A stretch of 64,000 nt of DNA from Naegleria gruberi (Eukaryota). The notes under the pieces were generated by a model. That model saw only the letters and a list, made by a program, of their open reading frames with translations. It had not been told where the DNA came from and made no database searches. The stretch lies in assembly GCA_000004985.1 (NCBI GenBank), contig GG738865.1. The stretch is one strand, 5' to 3'. Positions 24,001 through 36,000 of the stretch are shown here, piece after piece. Each line of letters opens with the position of its first letter. Within the stretch, counting starts at the first letter, position 1. The translations under genes were made by a program, and so were the position numbers.

Positions 24001-27000
24001 NNNNNNNNNNNNNNNNNNNNNNNNNNNNNNNNNNNNNNNNNNNNNNNNNNNNNNNNNNNNNNNNNNNNNNNNNNNNNNNNNNNNNNNNNNNNNNNNNNNN
24101 NNNNNNNNNNNNNNNNNNNNNNNNNNNNNNNNNNNNNNNNNNNNNNNNNNNNNNNNNNNNNNNNNNNNNNNNNNNNNNNNNNNNNNNNNNNNNNNNNNNN
24201 NNNNNNNNNNNNNNNNNNNNNNNNNNNNNNNNNNNNNNNNNNNNNNNNNNNNNNNNNNNNNNNNNNNNNNNNNNNNNNNNNNNNNNNNNNNNNNNNNNNN
24301 NNNNNNNNNNNNNNNNNNNNNNNNNNNNNNNNNNNNNNNNNNNNNNNNNNNNNNNNNNNNNNNNNNNNNNNNNNNNNNNNNNNNNNNNNNNNNNNNNNNN
24401 NNNNNNNNNNNNNNNNNNNNNNNNNNNNNNNNNNNNNNNNNNNNNNNNNNNNNNNNNNNNNNNNNNNNNNNNNNNNNNNNNNNNNNNNNNNNNNNNNNNN
24501 NNNNNNNNNNNNNNNNNNNNNNNNNNNNNNNNNNNNNNNNNNNNNNNNNNNNNNNNNNNNNNNNNNNNNNNNNNNNNNNNNNNNNNNNNNNNNNNNNNNN
24601 NNNNNNNNNNNNNNNNNNNNNNNNNNNNNNNNNNNNNNNNNNNNNNNNNNNNNNNNNNNNNNNNNNNNNNNNNNNNNNNNNNNNNNNNNNNNNNNNNNNN
24701 NNNNNNNNNNNNNNNNNNNNNNNNNNNNNNNNNNNNNNNNNNNNNNNNNNNNNNNNNNNNNNNNNNNNNNNNNNNNNNNNNNNNNNNNNNNNNNNNNNNN
24801 NNNNNNNNNNNNNNNNNNNNNNNNNNNNNNNNNNNNNNNNNNNNNNNNNNNNNNNNNNNNNNNNNNNNNNNNNNNNNNNNNNNNNNNNNNNNNNNNNNNN
24901 NNNNNNNNNNNNNNNNNNNNNNNNNNNNNNNNNNNNNNNNNNNNNNNNNNNNNNNNNNNNNNNNNNNNNNNNNNNNNNNNNNNNNNNNNNNNNNNNNNNN
25001 NNNNNNNNNNNNNNNNNNNNNNNNNNNNNNNNNNNNNNNNNNNNNNNNNNNNNNNNNNNNNNNNNNNNNNNNNNNNNNNNNNNNNNNNNNNNNNNNNNNN
25101 NNNNNNNNNNNNNNNNNNNNNNNNNNNNNNNNNNNNNNNNNNNNNNNNNNNNNNNNNNNNNNNNNNNNNNNNNNNNNNNNNNNNNNNNNNNNNNNNNNNN
25201 NNNNNNNNNNNNNNNNNNNNNNNNNNNNNNNNNNNNNNNNNNNNNNNNNNNNNNNNNNNNNNNNNNNNNNNNNNNNNNNNNNNNNNNNNNNNNNNNNNNN
25301 NNNNNNNNNNNNNNNNNNNNNNNNNNNNNNNNNNNNNNNNNNNNNNNNNNNNNNNNNNNNNNNNNNNNNNNNNNNNNNNNNNNNNNNNNNNNNNNNNNNN
25401 NNNNNNNNNNNNNNNNNNNNNNNNNNNNNNNNNNNNNNNNNNNNNNNNNNNNNNNNNNNNNNNNNNNNNNNNNNNNNNNNNNNNNNNNNNNNNNNNNNNN
25501 NNNNNNNNNNNNNNNNNNNNNNNNNNNNNNNNNNNNNNNNNNNNNNNNNNNNNNNNNNNNNNNNNNNNNNNNNNNNNNNNNNNNNNNNNNNNNNNNNNNN
25601 NNNNNNNNNNNNNNNNNNNNNNNNNNNNNNNNNNNNNNNNNNNNNNNNNNNNNNNNNNNNNNNNNNNNNNNNNNNNNNNNNNNNNNNNNNNNNNNNNNNN
25701 NNNNNNNNNNNNNNNNNNNNNNNNNNNNNNNNNNNNNNNNNNNNNNNNNNNNNNNNNNNNNNNNNNNNNNNNNNNNNNNNNNNNNNNNNNNNNNNNNNNN
25801 NNNNNNNNNNNNNNNNNNNNNNNNNNNNNNNNNNNNNNNNNNNNNNNNNNNNNNNNNNNNNNNNNNNNNNNNNNNNNNNNNNNNNNNNNNNNNNNNNNNN
25901 NNNNNNNNNNNNNNNNNNNNNNNNNNNNNNNNNNNNNNNNNNNNNNNNNNNNNNNNNNNNNNNNNNNNNNNNNNNNNNNNNNNNNNNNNNNNNNNNNNNN
26001 NNNNNNNNNNNNNNNNNNNNNNNNNNNNNNNNNNNNNNNNNNNNNNNNNNNNNNNNNNNNNNNNNNNNNNNNNNNNNNNNNNNNNNNNNNNNNNNNNNNN
26101 NNNNNNNNNNNNNNNNNNNNNNNNNNNNNNNNNNNNNNNNNNNNNNNNNNNNNNNNNNNNNNNNNNNNNNNNNNNNNNNNNNNNNNNNNNNNNNNNNNNN
26201 NNNNNNNNNNNNNNNNNNNNNNNNNNNNNNNNNNNNNNNNNNNNNNNNNNNNNNNNNNNNNNNNNNNNNNNNNNNNNNNNNNNNNNNNNNNNNNNNNNNN
26301 NNNNNNNNNNNNNNNNNNNNNNNNNNNNNNNNNNNNNNNNNNNNNNNNNNNNNNNNNNNNNNNNNNNNNNNNNNNNNNNNNNNNNNNNNNNNNNNNNNNN
26401 NNNNNNNNNNNNNNNNNNNNNNNNNNNNNNNNNNNNNNNNNNNNNNNNNNNNNNNNNNNNNNNNNNNNNNNNNNNNNNNNNNNNNNNNNNNNNNNNNNNN
26501 NNNNNNNNNNNNNNNNNNNNNNNNNNNNNNNNNNNNNNNNNNNNNNNNNNNNNNNNNNNNNNNNNNNNNNNNNNNNNNNNNNNNNNNNNNNNNNNNNNNN
26601 NNNNNNNNNNNNNNNNNNNNNNNNNNNNNNNNNNNNNNNNNNNNNNNNNNNNNNNNNNNNNNNNNNNNNNNNNNNNNNNNNNNNNNNNNNNNNNNNNNNN
26701 NNNNNNNNNNNNNNNNNNNNNNNNNNNNNNNNNNNNNNNNNNNNNNNNNNNNNNNNNNNNNNNNNNNNNNNNNNNNNNNNNNNNNNNNNNNNNNNNNNNN
26801 NNNNNNNNNNNNNNNNNNNNNNNNNNNNNNNNNNNNNNNNNNNNNNNNNNNNNNNNNNNNNNNNNNNNNNNNNNNNNNNNNNNNNNNNNNNNNNNNNNNN
26901 NNNNNNNNNNNNNNNNNNNNNNNNNNNNNNNNNNNNNNNNNNNNNNNNNNNNNNNNNNNNNNNNNNNNNNNNNNNNNNNNNNNNNNNNNNNNNNNNNNNN

Positions 27001-30000
27001 NNNNNNNNNNNNNNNNNNNNNNNNNNNNNNNNNNNNNNNNNNNNNNNNNNNNNNNNNNNNNNNNNNNNNNNNNNNNNNNNNNNNNNNNNNNNNNNNNNNN
27101 NNNNNNNNNNNNNNNNNNNNNNNNNNNNNNNNNNNNNNNNNNNNNNNNNNNNNNNNNNNNNNNNNNNNNNNNNNNNNNNNNNNNNNNNNNNNNNNNNNNN
27201 NNNNNNNNNNNNNNNNNNNNNNNNNNNNNNNNNNNNNNNNNNNNNNNNNNNNNNNNNNNNNNNNNNNNNNNNNNNNNNNNNNNNNNNNNNNNNNNNNNNN
27301 NNNNNNNNNNNNNNNNNNNNNNNNNNNNNNNNNNNNNNNNNNNNNNNNNNNNNNNNNNNNNNNNNNNNNNNNNNNNNNNNNNNNNNNNNNNNNNNNNNNN
27401 NNNNNNNNNNNNNNNNNNNNNNNNNNNNNNNNNNNNNNNNNNNNNNNNNNNNNNNNNNNNNNNNNNNNNNNNNNNNNNNNNNNNNNNNNNNNNNNNNNNN
27501 NNNNNNNNNNNNNNNNNNNNNNNNNNNNNNNNNNNNNNNNNNNNNNNNNNNNNNNNNNNNNNNNNNNNNNNNNNNNNNNNNNNNNNNNNNNNNNNNNNNN
27601 NNNNNNNNNNNNNNNNNNNNNNNNNNNNNNNNNNNNNNNNNNNNNNNNNNNNNNNNNNNNNNNNNNNNNNNNNNNNNNNNNNNNNNNNNNNNNNNNNNNN
27701 NNNNNNNNNNNNNNNNNNNNNNNNNNNNNNNNNNNNNNNNNNNNNNNNNNNNNNNNNNNNNNNNNNNNNNNNNNNNNNNNNNNNNNNNNNNNNNNNNNNN
27801 NNNNNNNNNNNNNNNNNNNNNNNNNNNNNNNNNNNNNNNNNNNNNNNNNNNNNNNNNNNNNNNNNNNNNNNNNNNNNNNNNNNNNNNNNNNNNNNNNNNN
27901 NNNNNNNNNNNNNNNNNNNNNNNNNNNNNNNNNNNNNNNNNNNNNNNNNNNNNNNNNNNNNNNNNNNNNNNNNNNNNNNNNNNNNNNNNNNNNNNNNNNN
28001 NNNNNNNNNNNNNNNNNNNNNNNNNNNNNNNNNNNNNNNNNNNNNNNNNNNNNNNNNNNNNNNNNNNNNNNNNNNNNNNNNNNNNNNNNNNNNNNNNNNN
28101 NNNNNNNNNNNNNNNNNNNNNNNNNNNNNNNNNNNNNNNNNNNNNNNNNNNNNNNNNNNNNNNNNNNNNNNNNNNNNNNNNNNNNNNNNNNNNNNNNNNN
28201 NNNNNNNNNNNNNNNNNNNNNNNNNNNNNNNNNNNNNNNNNNNNNNNNNNNNNNNNNNNNNNNNNNNNNNNNNNNNNNNNNNNNNNNNNNNNNNNNNNNN
28301 NNNNNNNNNNNNNNNNNNNNNNNNNNNNNNNNNNNNNNNNNNNNNNNNNNNNNNNNNNNNNNNNNNNNNNNNNNNNNNNNNNNNNNNNNNNNNNNNNNNN
28401 NNNNNNNNNNNNNNNNNNNNNNNNNNNNNNNNNNNNNNNNNNNNNNNNNNNNNNNNNNNNNNNNNNNNNNNNNNNNNNNNNNNNNNNNNNNNNNNNNNNN
28501 NNNNNNNNNNNNNNNNNNNNNNNNNNNNNNNNNNNNNNNNNNNNNNNNNNNNNNNNNNNNNNNNNNNNNNNNNNNNNNNNNNNNNNNNNNNNNNNNNNNN
28601 NNNNNNNNNNNNNNNNNNNNNNNNNNNNNNNNNNNNNNNNNNNNNNNNNNNNNNNNNNNNNNNNNNNNNNNNNNNNNNNNNNNNNNNNNNNNNNNNNNNN
28701 NNNNNNNNNNNNNNNNNNNNNNNNNNNNNNNNNNNNNNNNNNNNNNNNNNNNNNNNNNNNNNNNNNNNNNNNNNNNNNNNNNNNNNNNNNNNNNNNNNNN
28801 NNNNNNNNNNNNNNNNNNNNNNNNNNNNNNNNNNNNNNNNNNNNNNNNNNNNNNNNNNNNNNNNNNNNNNNNNNNNNNNNNNNNNNNNNNNNNNNNNNNN
28901 NNNNNNNNNNNNNNNNNNNNNNNNNNNNNNNNNNNNNNNNNNNNNNNNNNNNNNNNNNNNNNNNNNNNNNNNNNNNNNNNNNNNNNNNNNNNNNNNNNNN
29001 NNNNNNNNNNNNNNNNNNNNNNNNNNNNNNNNNNNNNNNNNNNNNNNNNNNNNNNNNNNNNNNNNNNNNNNNNNNNNNNNNNNNNNNNNNNNNNNNNNNN
29101 NNNNNNNNNNNNNNNNNNNNNNNNNNNNNNNNNNNNNNNNNNNNNNNNNNNNNNNNNNNNNNNNNNNNNNNNNNNNNNNNNNNNNNNNNNNNNNNNNNNN
29201 NNNNNNNNNNNNNNNNNNNNNNNNNNNNNNNNNNNNNNNNNNNNNNNNNNNNNNNNNNNNNNNNNNNNNNNNNNNNNNNNNNNNNNNNNNNNNNNNNNNN
29301 NNNNNNNNNNNNNNNNNNNNNNNNNNNNNNNNNNNNNNNNNNNNNNNNNNNNNNNNNNNNNNNNNNNNNNNNNNNNNNNNNNNNNNNNNNNNNNNNNNNN
29401 NNNNNNNNNNNNNNNNNNNNNNNNNNNNNNNNNNNNNNNNNNNNNNNNNNNNNNNNNNNNNNNNNNNNNNNNNNNNNNNNNNNNNNNNNNNNNNNNNNNN
29501 NNNNNNNNNNNNNNNNNNNNNNNNNNNNNNNNNNNNNNNNNNNNNNNNNNNNNNNNNNNNNNNNNNNNNNNNNNNNNNNNNNNNNNNNNNNNNNNNNNNN
29601 NNNNNNNNNNNNNNNNNNNNNNNNNNNNNNNNNNNNNNNNNNNNNNNNNNNNNNNNNNNNNNNNNNNNNNNNNNNNNNNNNNNNNNNNNNNNNNNNNNNN
29701 NNNNNNNNNNNNNNNNNNNNNNNNNNNNNNNNNNNNNNNNNNNNNNNNNNNNNNNNNNNNNNNNNNNNNNNNNNNNNNNNNNNNNNNNNNNNNNNNNNNN
29801 NNNNNNNNNNNNNNNNNNNNNNNNNNNNNNNNNNNNNNNNNNNNNNNNNNNNNNNNNNNNNNNNNNNNNNNNNNNNNNNNNNNNNNNNNNNNNNNNNNNN
29901 NNNNNNNNNNNNNNNNNNNNNNNNNNNNNNNNNNNNNNNNNNNNNNNNNNNNNNNNNNNNNNNNNNNNNNNNNNNNNNNNNNNNNNNNNNNNNNNNNNNN

Positions 30001-33000
30001 NNNNNNNNNNNNNNNNNNNNNNNNNNNNNNNNNNNNNNNNNNNNNNNNNNNNNNNNNNNNNNNNNNNNNNNNNNNNNNNNNNNNNNNNNNNNNNNNNNNN
30101 NNNNNNNNNNNNNNNNNNNNNNNNNNNNNNNNNNNNNNNNNNNNNNNNNNNNNNNNNNNNNNNNNNNNNNNNNNNNNNNNNNNNNNNNNNNNNNNNNNNN
30201 NNNNNNNNNNNNNNNNNNNNNNNNNNNNNNNNNNNNNNNNNNNNNNNNNNNNNNNNNNNNNNNNNNNNNNNNNNNNNNNNNNNNNNNNNNNNNNNNNNNN
30301 NNNNNNNNNNNNNNNNNNNNNNNNNNNNNNNNNNNNNNNNNNNNNNNNNNNNNNNNNNNNNNNNNNNNNNNNNNNNNNNNNNNNNNNNNNNNNNNNNNNN
30401 NNNNNNNNNNNNNNNNNNNNNNNNNNNNNNNNNNNNNNNNNNNNNNNNNNNNNNNNNNNNNNNNNNNNNNNNNNNNNNNNNNNNNNNNNNNNNNNNNNNN
30501 NNNNNNNNNNNNNNNNNNNNNNNNNNNNNNNNNNNNNNNNNNNNNNNNNNNNNNNNNNNNNNNNNNNNNNNNNNNNNNNNNNNNNNNNNNNNNNNNNNNN
30601 NNNNNNNNNNNNNNNNNNNNNNNNNNNNNNNNNNNNNNNNNNNNNNNNNNNNNNNNNNNNNNNNNNNNNNNNNNNNNNNNNNNNNNNNNNNNNNNNNNNN
30701 NNNNNNNNNNNNNNNNNNNNNNNNNNNNNNNNNNNNNNNNNNNNNNNNNNNNNNNNNNNNNNNNNNNNNNNNNNNNNNNNNNNNNNNNNNNNNNNNNNNN
30801 NNNNNNNNNNNNNNNNNNNNNNNNNNNNNNNNNNNNNNNNNNNNNNNNNNNNNNNNNNNNNNNNNNNNNNNNNNNNNNNNNNNNNNNNNNNNNNNNNNNN
30901 NNNNNNNNNNNNNNNNNNNNNNNNNNNNNNNNNNNNNNNNNNNNNNNNNNNNNNNNNNNNNNNNNNNNNNNNNNNNNNNNNNNNNNNNNNNNNNNNNNNN
31001 NNNNNNNNNNNNNNNNNNNNNNNNNNNNNNNNNNNNNNNNNNNNNNNNNNNNNNNNNNNNNNNNNNNNNNNNNNNNNNNNNNNNNNNNNNNNNNNNNNNN
31101 NNNNNNNNNNNNNNNNNNNNNNNNNNNNNNNNNNNNNNNNNNNNNNNNNNNNNNNNNNNNNNNNNNNNNNNNNNNNNNNNNNNNNNNNNNNNNNNNNNNN
31201 NNNNNNNNNNNNNNNNNNNNNNNNNNNNNNNNNNNNNNNNNNNNNNNNNNNNNNNNNNNNNNNNNNNNNNNNNNNNNNNNNNNNNNNNNNNNNNNNNNNN
31301 NNNNNNNNNNNNNNNNNNNNNNNNNNNNNNNNNNNNNNNNNNNNNNNNNNNNNNNNNNNNNNNNNNNNNNNNNNNNNNNNNNNNNNNNNNNNNNNNNNNN
31401 NNNNNNNNNNNNNNNNNNNNNNNNNNNNNNNNNNNNNNNNNNNNNNNNNNNNNNNNNNNNNNNNNNNNNNNNNNNNNNNNNNNNNNNNNNNNNNNNNNNN
31501 NNNNNNNNNNNNNNNNNNNNNNNNNNNNNNNNNNNNNNNNNNNNNNNNNNNNNNNNNNNNNNNNNNNNNNNNNNNNNNNNNNNNNNNNNNNNNNNNNNNN
31601 NNNNNNNNNNNNNNNNNNNNNNNNNNNNNNNNNNNNNNNNNNNNNNNNNNNNNNNNNNNNNNNNNNNNNNNNNNNNNNNNNNNNNNNNNNNNNNNNNNNN
31701 NNNNNNNNNNNNNNNNNNNNNNNNNNNNNNNNNNNNNNNNNNNNNNNNNNNNNNNNNNNNNNNNNNNNNNNNNNNNNNNNNNNNNNNNNNNNNNNNNNNN
31801 NNNNNNNNNNNNNNNNNNNNNNNNNNNNNNNNNNNNNNNNNNNNNNNNNNNNNNNNNNNNNNNNNNNNNNNNNNNNNNNNNNNNNNNNNNNNNNNNNNNN
31901 NNNNNNNNNNNNNNNNNNNNNNNNNNNNNNNNNNNNNNNNNNNNNNNNNNNNNNNNNNNNNNNNNNNNNNNNNNNNNNNNNNNNNNNNNNNNNNNNNNNN
32001 NNNNNNNNNNNNNNNNNNNNNNNNNNNNNNNNNNNNNNNNNNNNNNNNNNNNNNNNNNNNNNNNNNNNNNNNNNNNNNNNNNNNNNNNNNNNNNNNNNNN
32101 NNNNNNNNNNNNNNNNNNNNNNNNNNNNNNNNNNNNNNNNNNNNNNNNNNNNNNNNNNNNNNNNNNNNNNNNNNNNNNNNNNNNNNNNNNNNNNNNNNNN
32201 NNNNNNNNNNNNNNNNNNNNNNNNNNNNNNNNNNNNNNNNNNNNNNNNNNNNNNNNNNNNNNNNNNNNNNNNNNNNNNNNNNNNNNNNNNNNNNNNNNNN
32301 NNNNNNNNNNNNNNNNNNNNNNNNNNNNNNNNNNNNNNNNNNNNNNNNNNNNNNNNNNNNNNNNNNNNNNNNNNNNNNNNNNNNNNNNNNNNNNNNNNNN
32401 NNNNNNNNNNNNNNNNNNNNNNNNNNNNNNNNNNNNNNNNNNNNNNNNNNNNNNNNNNNNNNNNNNNNNNNNNNNNNNNNNNNNNNNNNNNNNNNNNNNN
32501 NNNNNNNNNNNNNNNNNNNNNNNNNNNNNNNNNNNNNNNNNNNNNNNNNNNNNNNNNNNNNNNNNNNNNNNNNNNNNNNNNNNNNNNNNNNNNNNNNNNN
32601 NNNNNNNNNNNNNNNNNNNNNNNNNNNNNNNNNNNNNNNNNNNNNNNNNNNNNNNNNNNNNNNNNNNNNNNNNNNNNNNNNNNNNNNNNNNNNNNNNNNN
32701 NNNNNNNNNNNNNNNNNNNNNNNNNNNNNNNNNNNNNNNNNNNNNNNNNNNNNNNNNNNNNNNNNNNNNNNNNNNNNNNNNNNNNNNNNNNNNNNNNNNN
32801 NNNNNNNNNNNNNNNNNNNNNNNNNNNNNNNNNNNNNNNNNNNNNNNNNNNNNNNNNNNNNNNNNNNNNNNNNNNNNNNNNNNNNNNNNNNNNNNNNNNN
32901 NNNNNNNNNNNNNNNNNNNNNNNNNNNNNNNNNNNNNNNNNNNNNNNNNNNNNNNNNNNNNNNNNNNNNNNNNNNNNNNNNNNNNNNNNNNNNNNNNNNN

Positions 33001-36000
33001 NNNNNNNNNNNNNNNNNNNNNNNNNNNNNNNNNNNNNNNNNNNNNNNNNNNNNNNNNNNNNNNNNNNNNNNNNNNNNNNNNNNNNNNNNNNNNNNNNNNN
33101 NNNNNNNNNNNNNNNNNNNNNNNNNNNNNNNNNNNNNNNNNNNNNNNNNNNNNNNNNNNNNNNNNNNNNNNNNNNNNNNNNNNNNNNNNNNNNNNNNNNN
33201 NNNNNNNNNNNNNNNNNNNNNNNNNNNNNNNNNNNNNNNNNNNNNNNNNNNNNNNNNNNNNNNNNNNNNNNNNNNNNNNNNNNNNNNNNNNNNNNNNNNN
33301 NNNNNNNNNNNNNNNNNNNNNNNNNNNNNNNNNNNNNNNNNNNNNNNNNNNNNNNNNNNNNNNNNNNNNNNNNNNNNNNNNNNNNNNNNNNNNNNNNNNN
33401 NNNNNNNNNNNNNNNNNNNNNNNNNNNNNNNNNNNNNNNNNNNNNNNNNNNNNNNNNNNNNNNNNNNNNNNNNNNNNNNNNNNNNNNNNNNNNNNNNNNN
33501 NNNNNNNNNNNNNNNNNNNNNNNNNNNNNNNNNNNNNNNNNNNNNNNNNNNNNNNNNNNNNNNNNNNNNNNNNNNNNNNNNNNNNNNNNNNNNNNNNNNN
33601 NNNNNNNNNNNNNNNNNNNNNNNNNNNNNNNNNNNNNNNNNNNNNNNNNNNNNNNNNNNNNNNNNNNNNNNNNNNNNNNNNNNNNNNNNNNNNNNNNNNN
33701 NNNNNNNNNNNNNNNNNNNNNNNNNNNNNNNNNNNNNNNNNNNNNNNNNNNNNNNNNNNNNNNNNNNNNNNNNNNNNNNNNNNNNNNNNNNNNNNNNNNN
33801 NNNNNNNNNNNNNNNNNNNNNNNNNNNNNNNNNNNNNNNNNNNNNNNNNNNNNNNNNNNNNNNNNNNNNNNNNNNNNNNNNNNNNNNNNNNNNNNNNNNN
33901 NNNNNNNNNNNNNNNNNNNNNNNNNNNNNNNNNNNNNNNNNNNNNNNNNNNNNNNNNNNNNNNNNNNNNNNNNNNNNNNNNNNNNNNNNNNNNNNNNNNN
34001 NNNNNNNNNNNNNNNNNNNNNNNNNNNNNNNNNNNNNNNNNNNNNNNNNNNNNNNNNNNNNNNNNNNNNNNNNNNNNNNNNNNNNNNNNNNNNNNNNNNN
34101 NNNNNNNNNNNNNNNNNNNNNNNNNNNNNNNNNNNNNNNNNNNNNNNNNNNNNNNNNNNNNNNNNNNNNNNNNNNNNNNNNNNNNNNNNNNNNNNNNNNN
34201 NNNNNNNNNNNNNNNNNNNNNNNNNNNNNNNNNNNNNNNNNNNNNNNNNNNNNNNNNNNNNNNNNNNNNNNNNNNNNNNNNNNNNNNNNNNNNNNNNNNN
34301 NNNNNNNNNNNNNNNNNNNNNNNNNNNNNNNNNNNNNNNNNNNNNNNNNNNNNNNNNNNNNNNNNNNNNNNNNNNNNNNNNNNNNNNNNNNNNNNNNNNN
34401 NNNNNNNNNNNNNNNNNNNNNNNNNNNNNNNNNNNNNNNNNNNNNNNNNNNNNNNNNNNNNNNNNNNNNNNNNNNNNNNNNNNNNNNNNNNNNNNNNNNN
34501 NNNNNNNNNNNNNNNNNNNNNNNNNNNNNNNNNNNNNNNNNNNNNNNNNNNNNNNNNNNNNNNNNNNNNNNNNNNNNNNNNNNNNNNNNNNNNNNNNNNN
34601 NNNNNNNNNNNNNNNNNNNNNNNNNNNNNNNNNNNNNNNNNNNNNNNNNNNNNNNNNNNNNNNNNNNNNNNNNNNNNNNNNNNNNNNNNNNNNNNNNNNN
34701 NNNNNNNNNNNNNNNNNNNNNNNNNNNNNNNNNNNNNNNNNNNNNNNNNNNNNNNNNNNNNNNNNNNNNNNNNNNNNNNNNNNNNNNNNNNNNNNNNNNN
34801 NNNNNNNNNNNNNNNNNNNNNNNNNNNNNNNNNNNNNNNNNNNNNNNNNNNNNNNNNNNNNNNNNNNNNNNNNNNNNNNNNNNNNNNNNNNNNNNNNNNN
34901 NNNNNNNNNNNNNNNNNNNNNNNNNNNNNNNNNNNNNNNNNNNNNNNNNNNNNNNNNNNNNNNNNNNNNNNNNNNNNNNNNNNNNNNNNNNNNNNNNNNN
35001 NNNNNNNNNNNNNNNNNNNNNNNNNNNNNNNNNNNNNNNNNNNNNNNNNNNNNNNNNNNNNNNNNNNNNNNNNNNNNNNNNNNNNNNNNNNNNNNNNNNN
35101 NNNNNNNNNNNNNNNNNNNNNNNNNNNNNNNNNNNNNNNNNNNNNNNNNNNNNNNNNNNNNNNNNNNNNNNNNNNNNNNNNNNNNNNNNNNNNNNNNNNN
35201 NNNNNNNNNNNNNNNNNNNNNNNNNNNNNNNNNNNNNNNNNNNNNNNNNNNNNNNNNNNNNNNNNNNNNNNNNNNNNNNNNNNNNNNNNNNNNNNNNNNN
35301 NNNNNNNNNNNNNNNNNNNNNNNNNNNNNNNNNNNNNNNNNNNNNNNNNNNNNNNNNNNNNNNNNNNNNNNNNNNNNNNNNNNNNNNNNNNNNNNNNNNN
35401 NNNNNNNNNNNNNNNNNNNNNNNNNNNNNNNNNNNNNNNNNNNNNNNNNNNNNNNNNNNNNNNNNNNNNNNNNNNNNNNNNNNNNNNNNNNNNNNNNNNN
35501 NNNNNNNNNNNNNNNNNNNNNNNNNNNNNNNNNNNNNNNNNNNNNNNNNNNNNNNNNNNNNNNNNNNNNNNNNNNNNNNNNNNNNNNNNNNNNNNNNNNN
35601 NNNNNNNNNNNNNNNNNNNNNNNNNNNNNNNNNNNNNNNNNNNNNNNNNNNNNNNNNNNNNNNNNNNNNNNNNNNNNNNNNNNNNNNNNNNNNNNNNNNN
35701 NNNNNNNNNNNNNNNNNNNNNNNNNNNNNNNNNNNNNNNNNNNNNNNNNNNNNNNNNNNNNNNNNNNNNNNNNNNNNNNNNNNNNNNNNNNNNNNNNNNN
35801 NNNNNNNNNNNNNNNNNNNNNNNNNNNNNNNNNNNNNNNNNNNNNNNNNNNNNNNNNNNNNNNNNNNNNNNNNNNNNNNNNNNNNNNNNNNNNNNNNNNN
35901 NNNNNNNNNNNNNNNNNNNNNNNNNNNNNNNNNNNNNNNNNNNNNNNNNNNNNNNNNNNNNNNNNNNNNNNNNNNNNNNNNNNNNNNNNNNNNNNNNNNN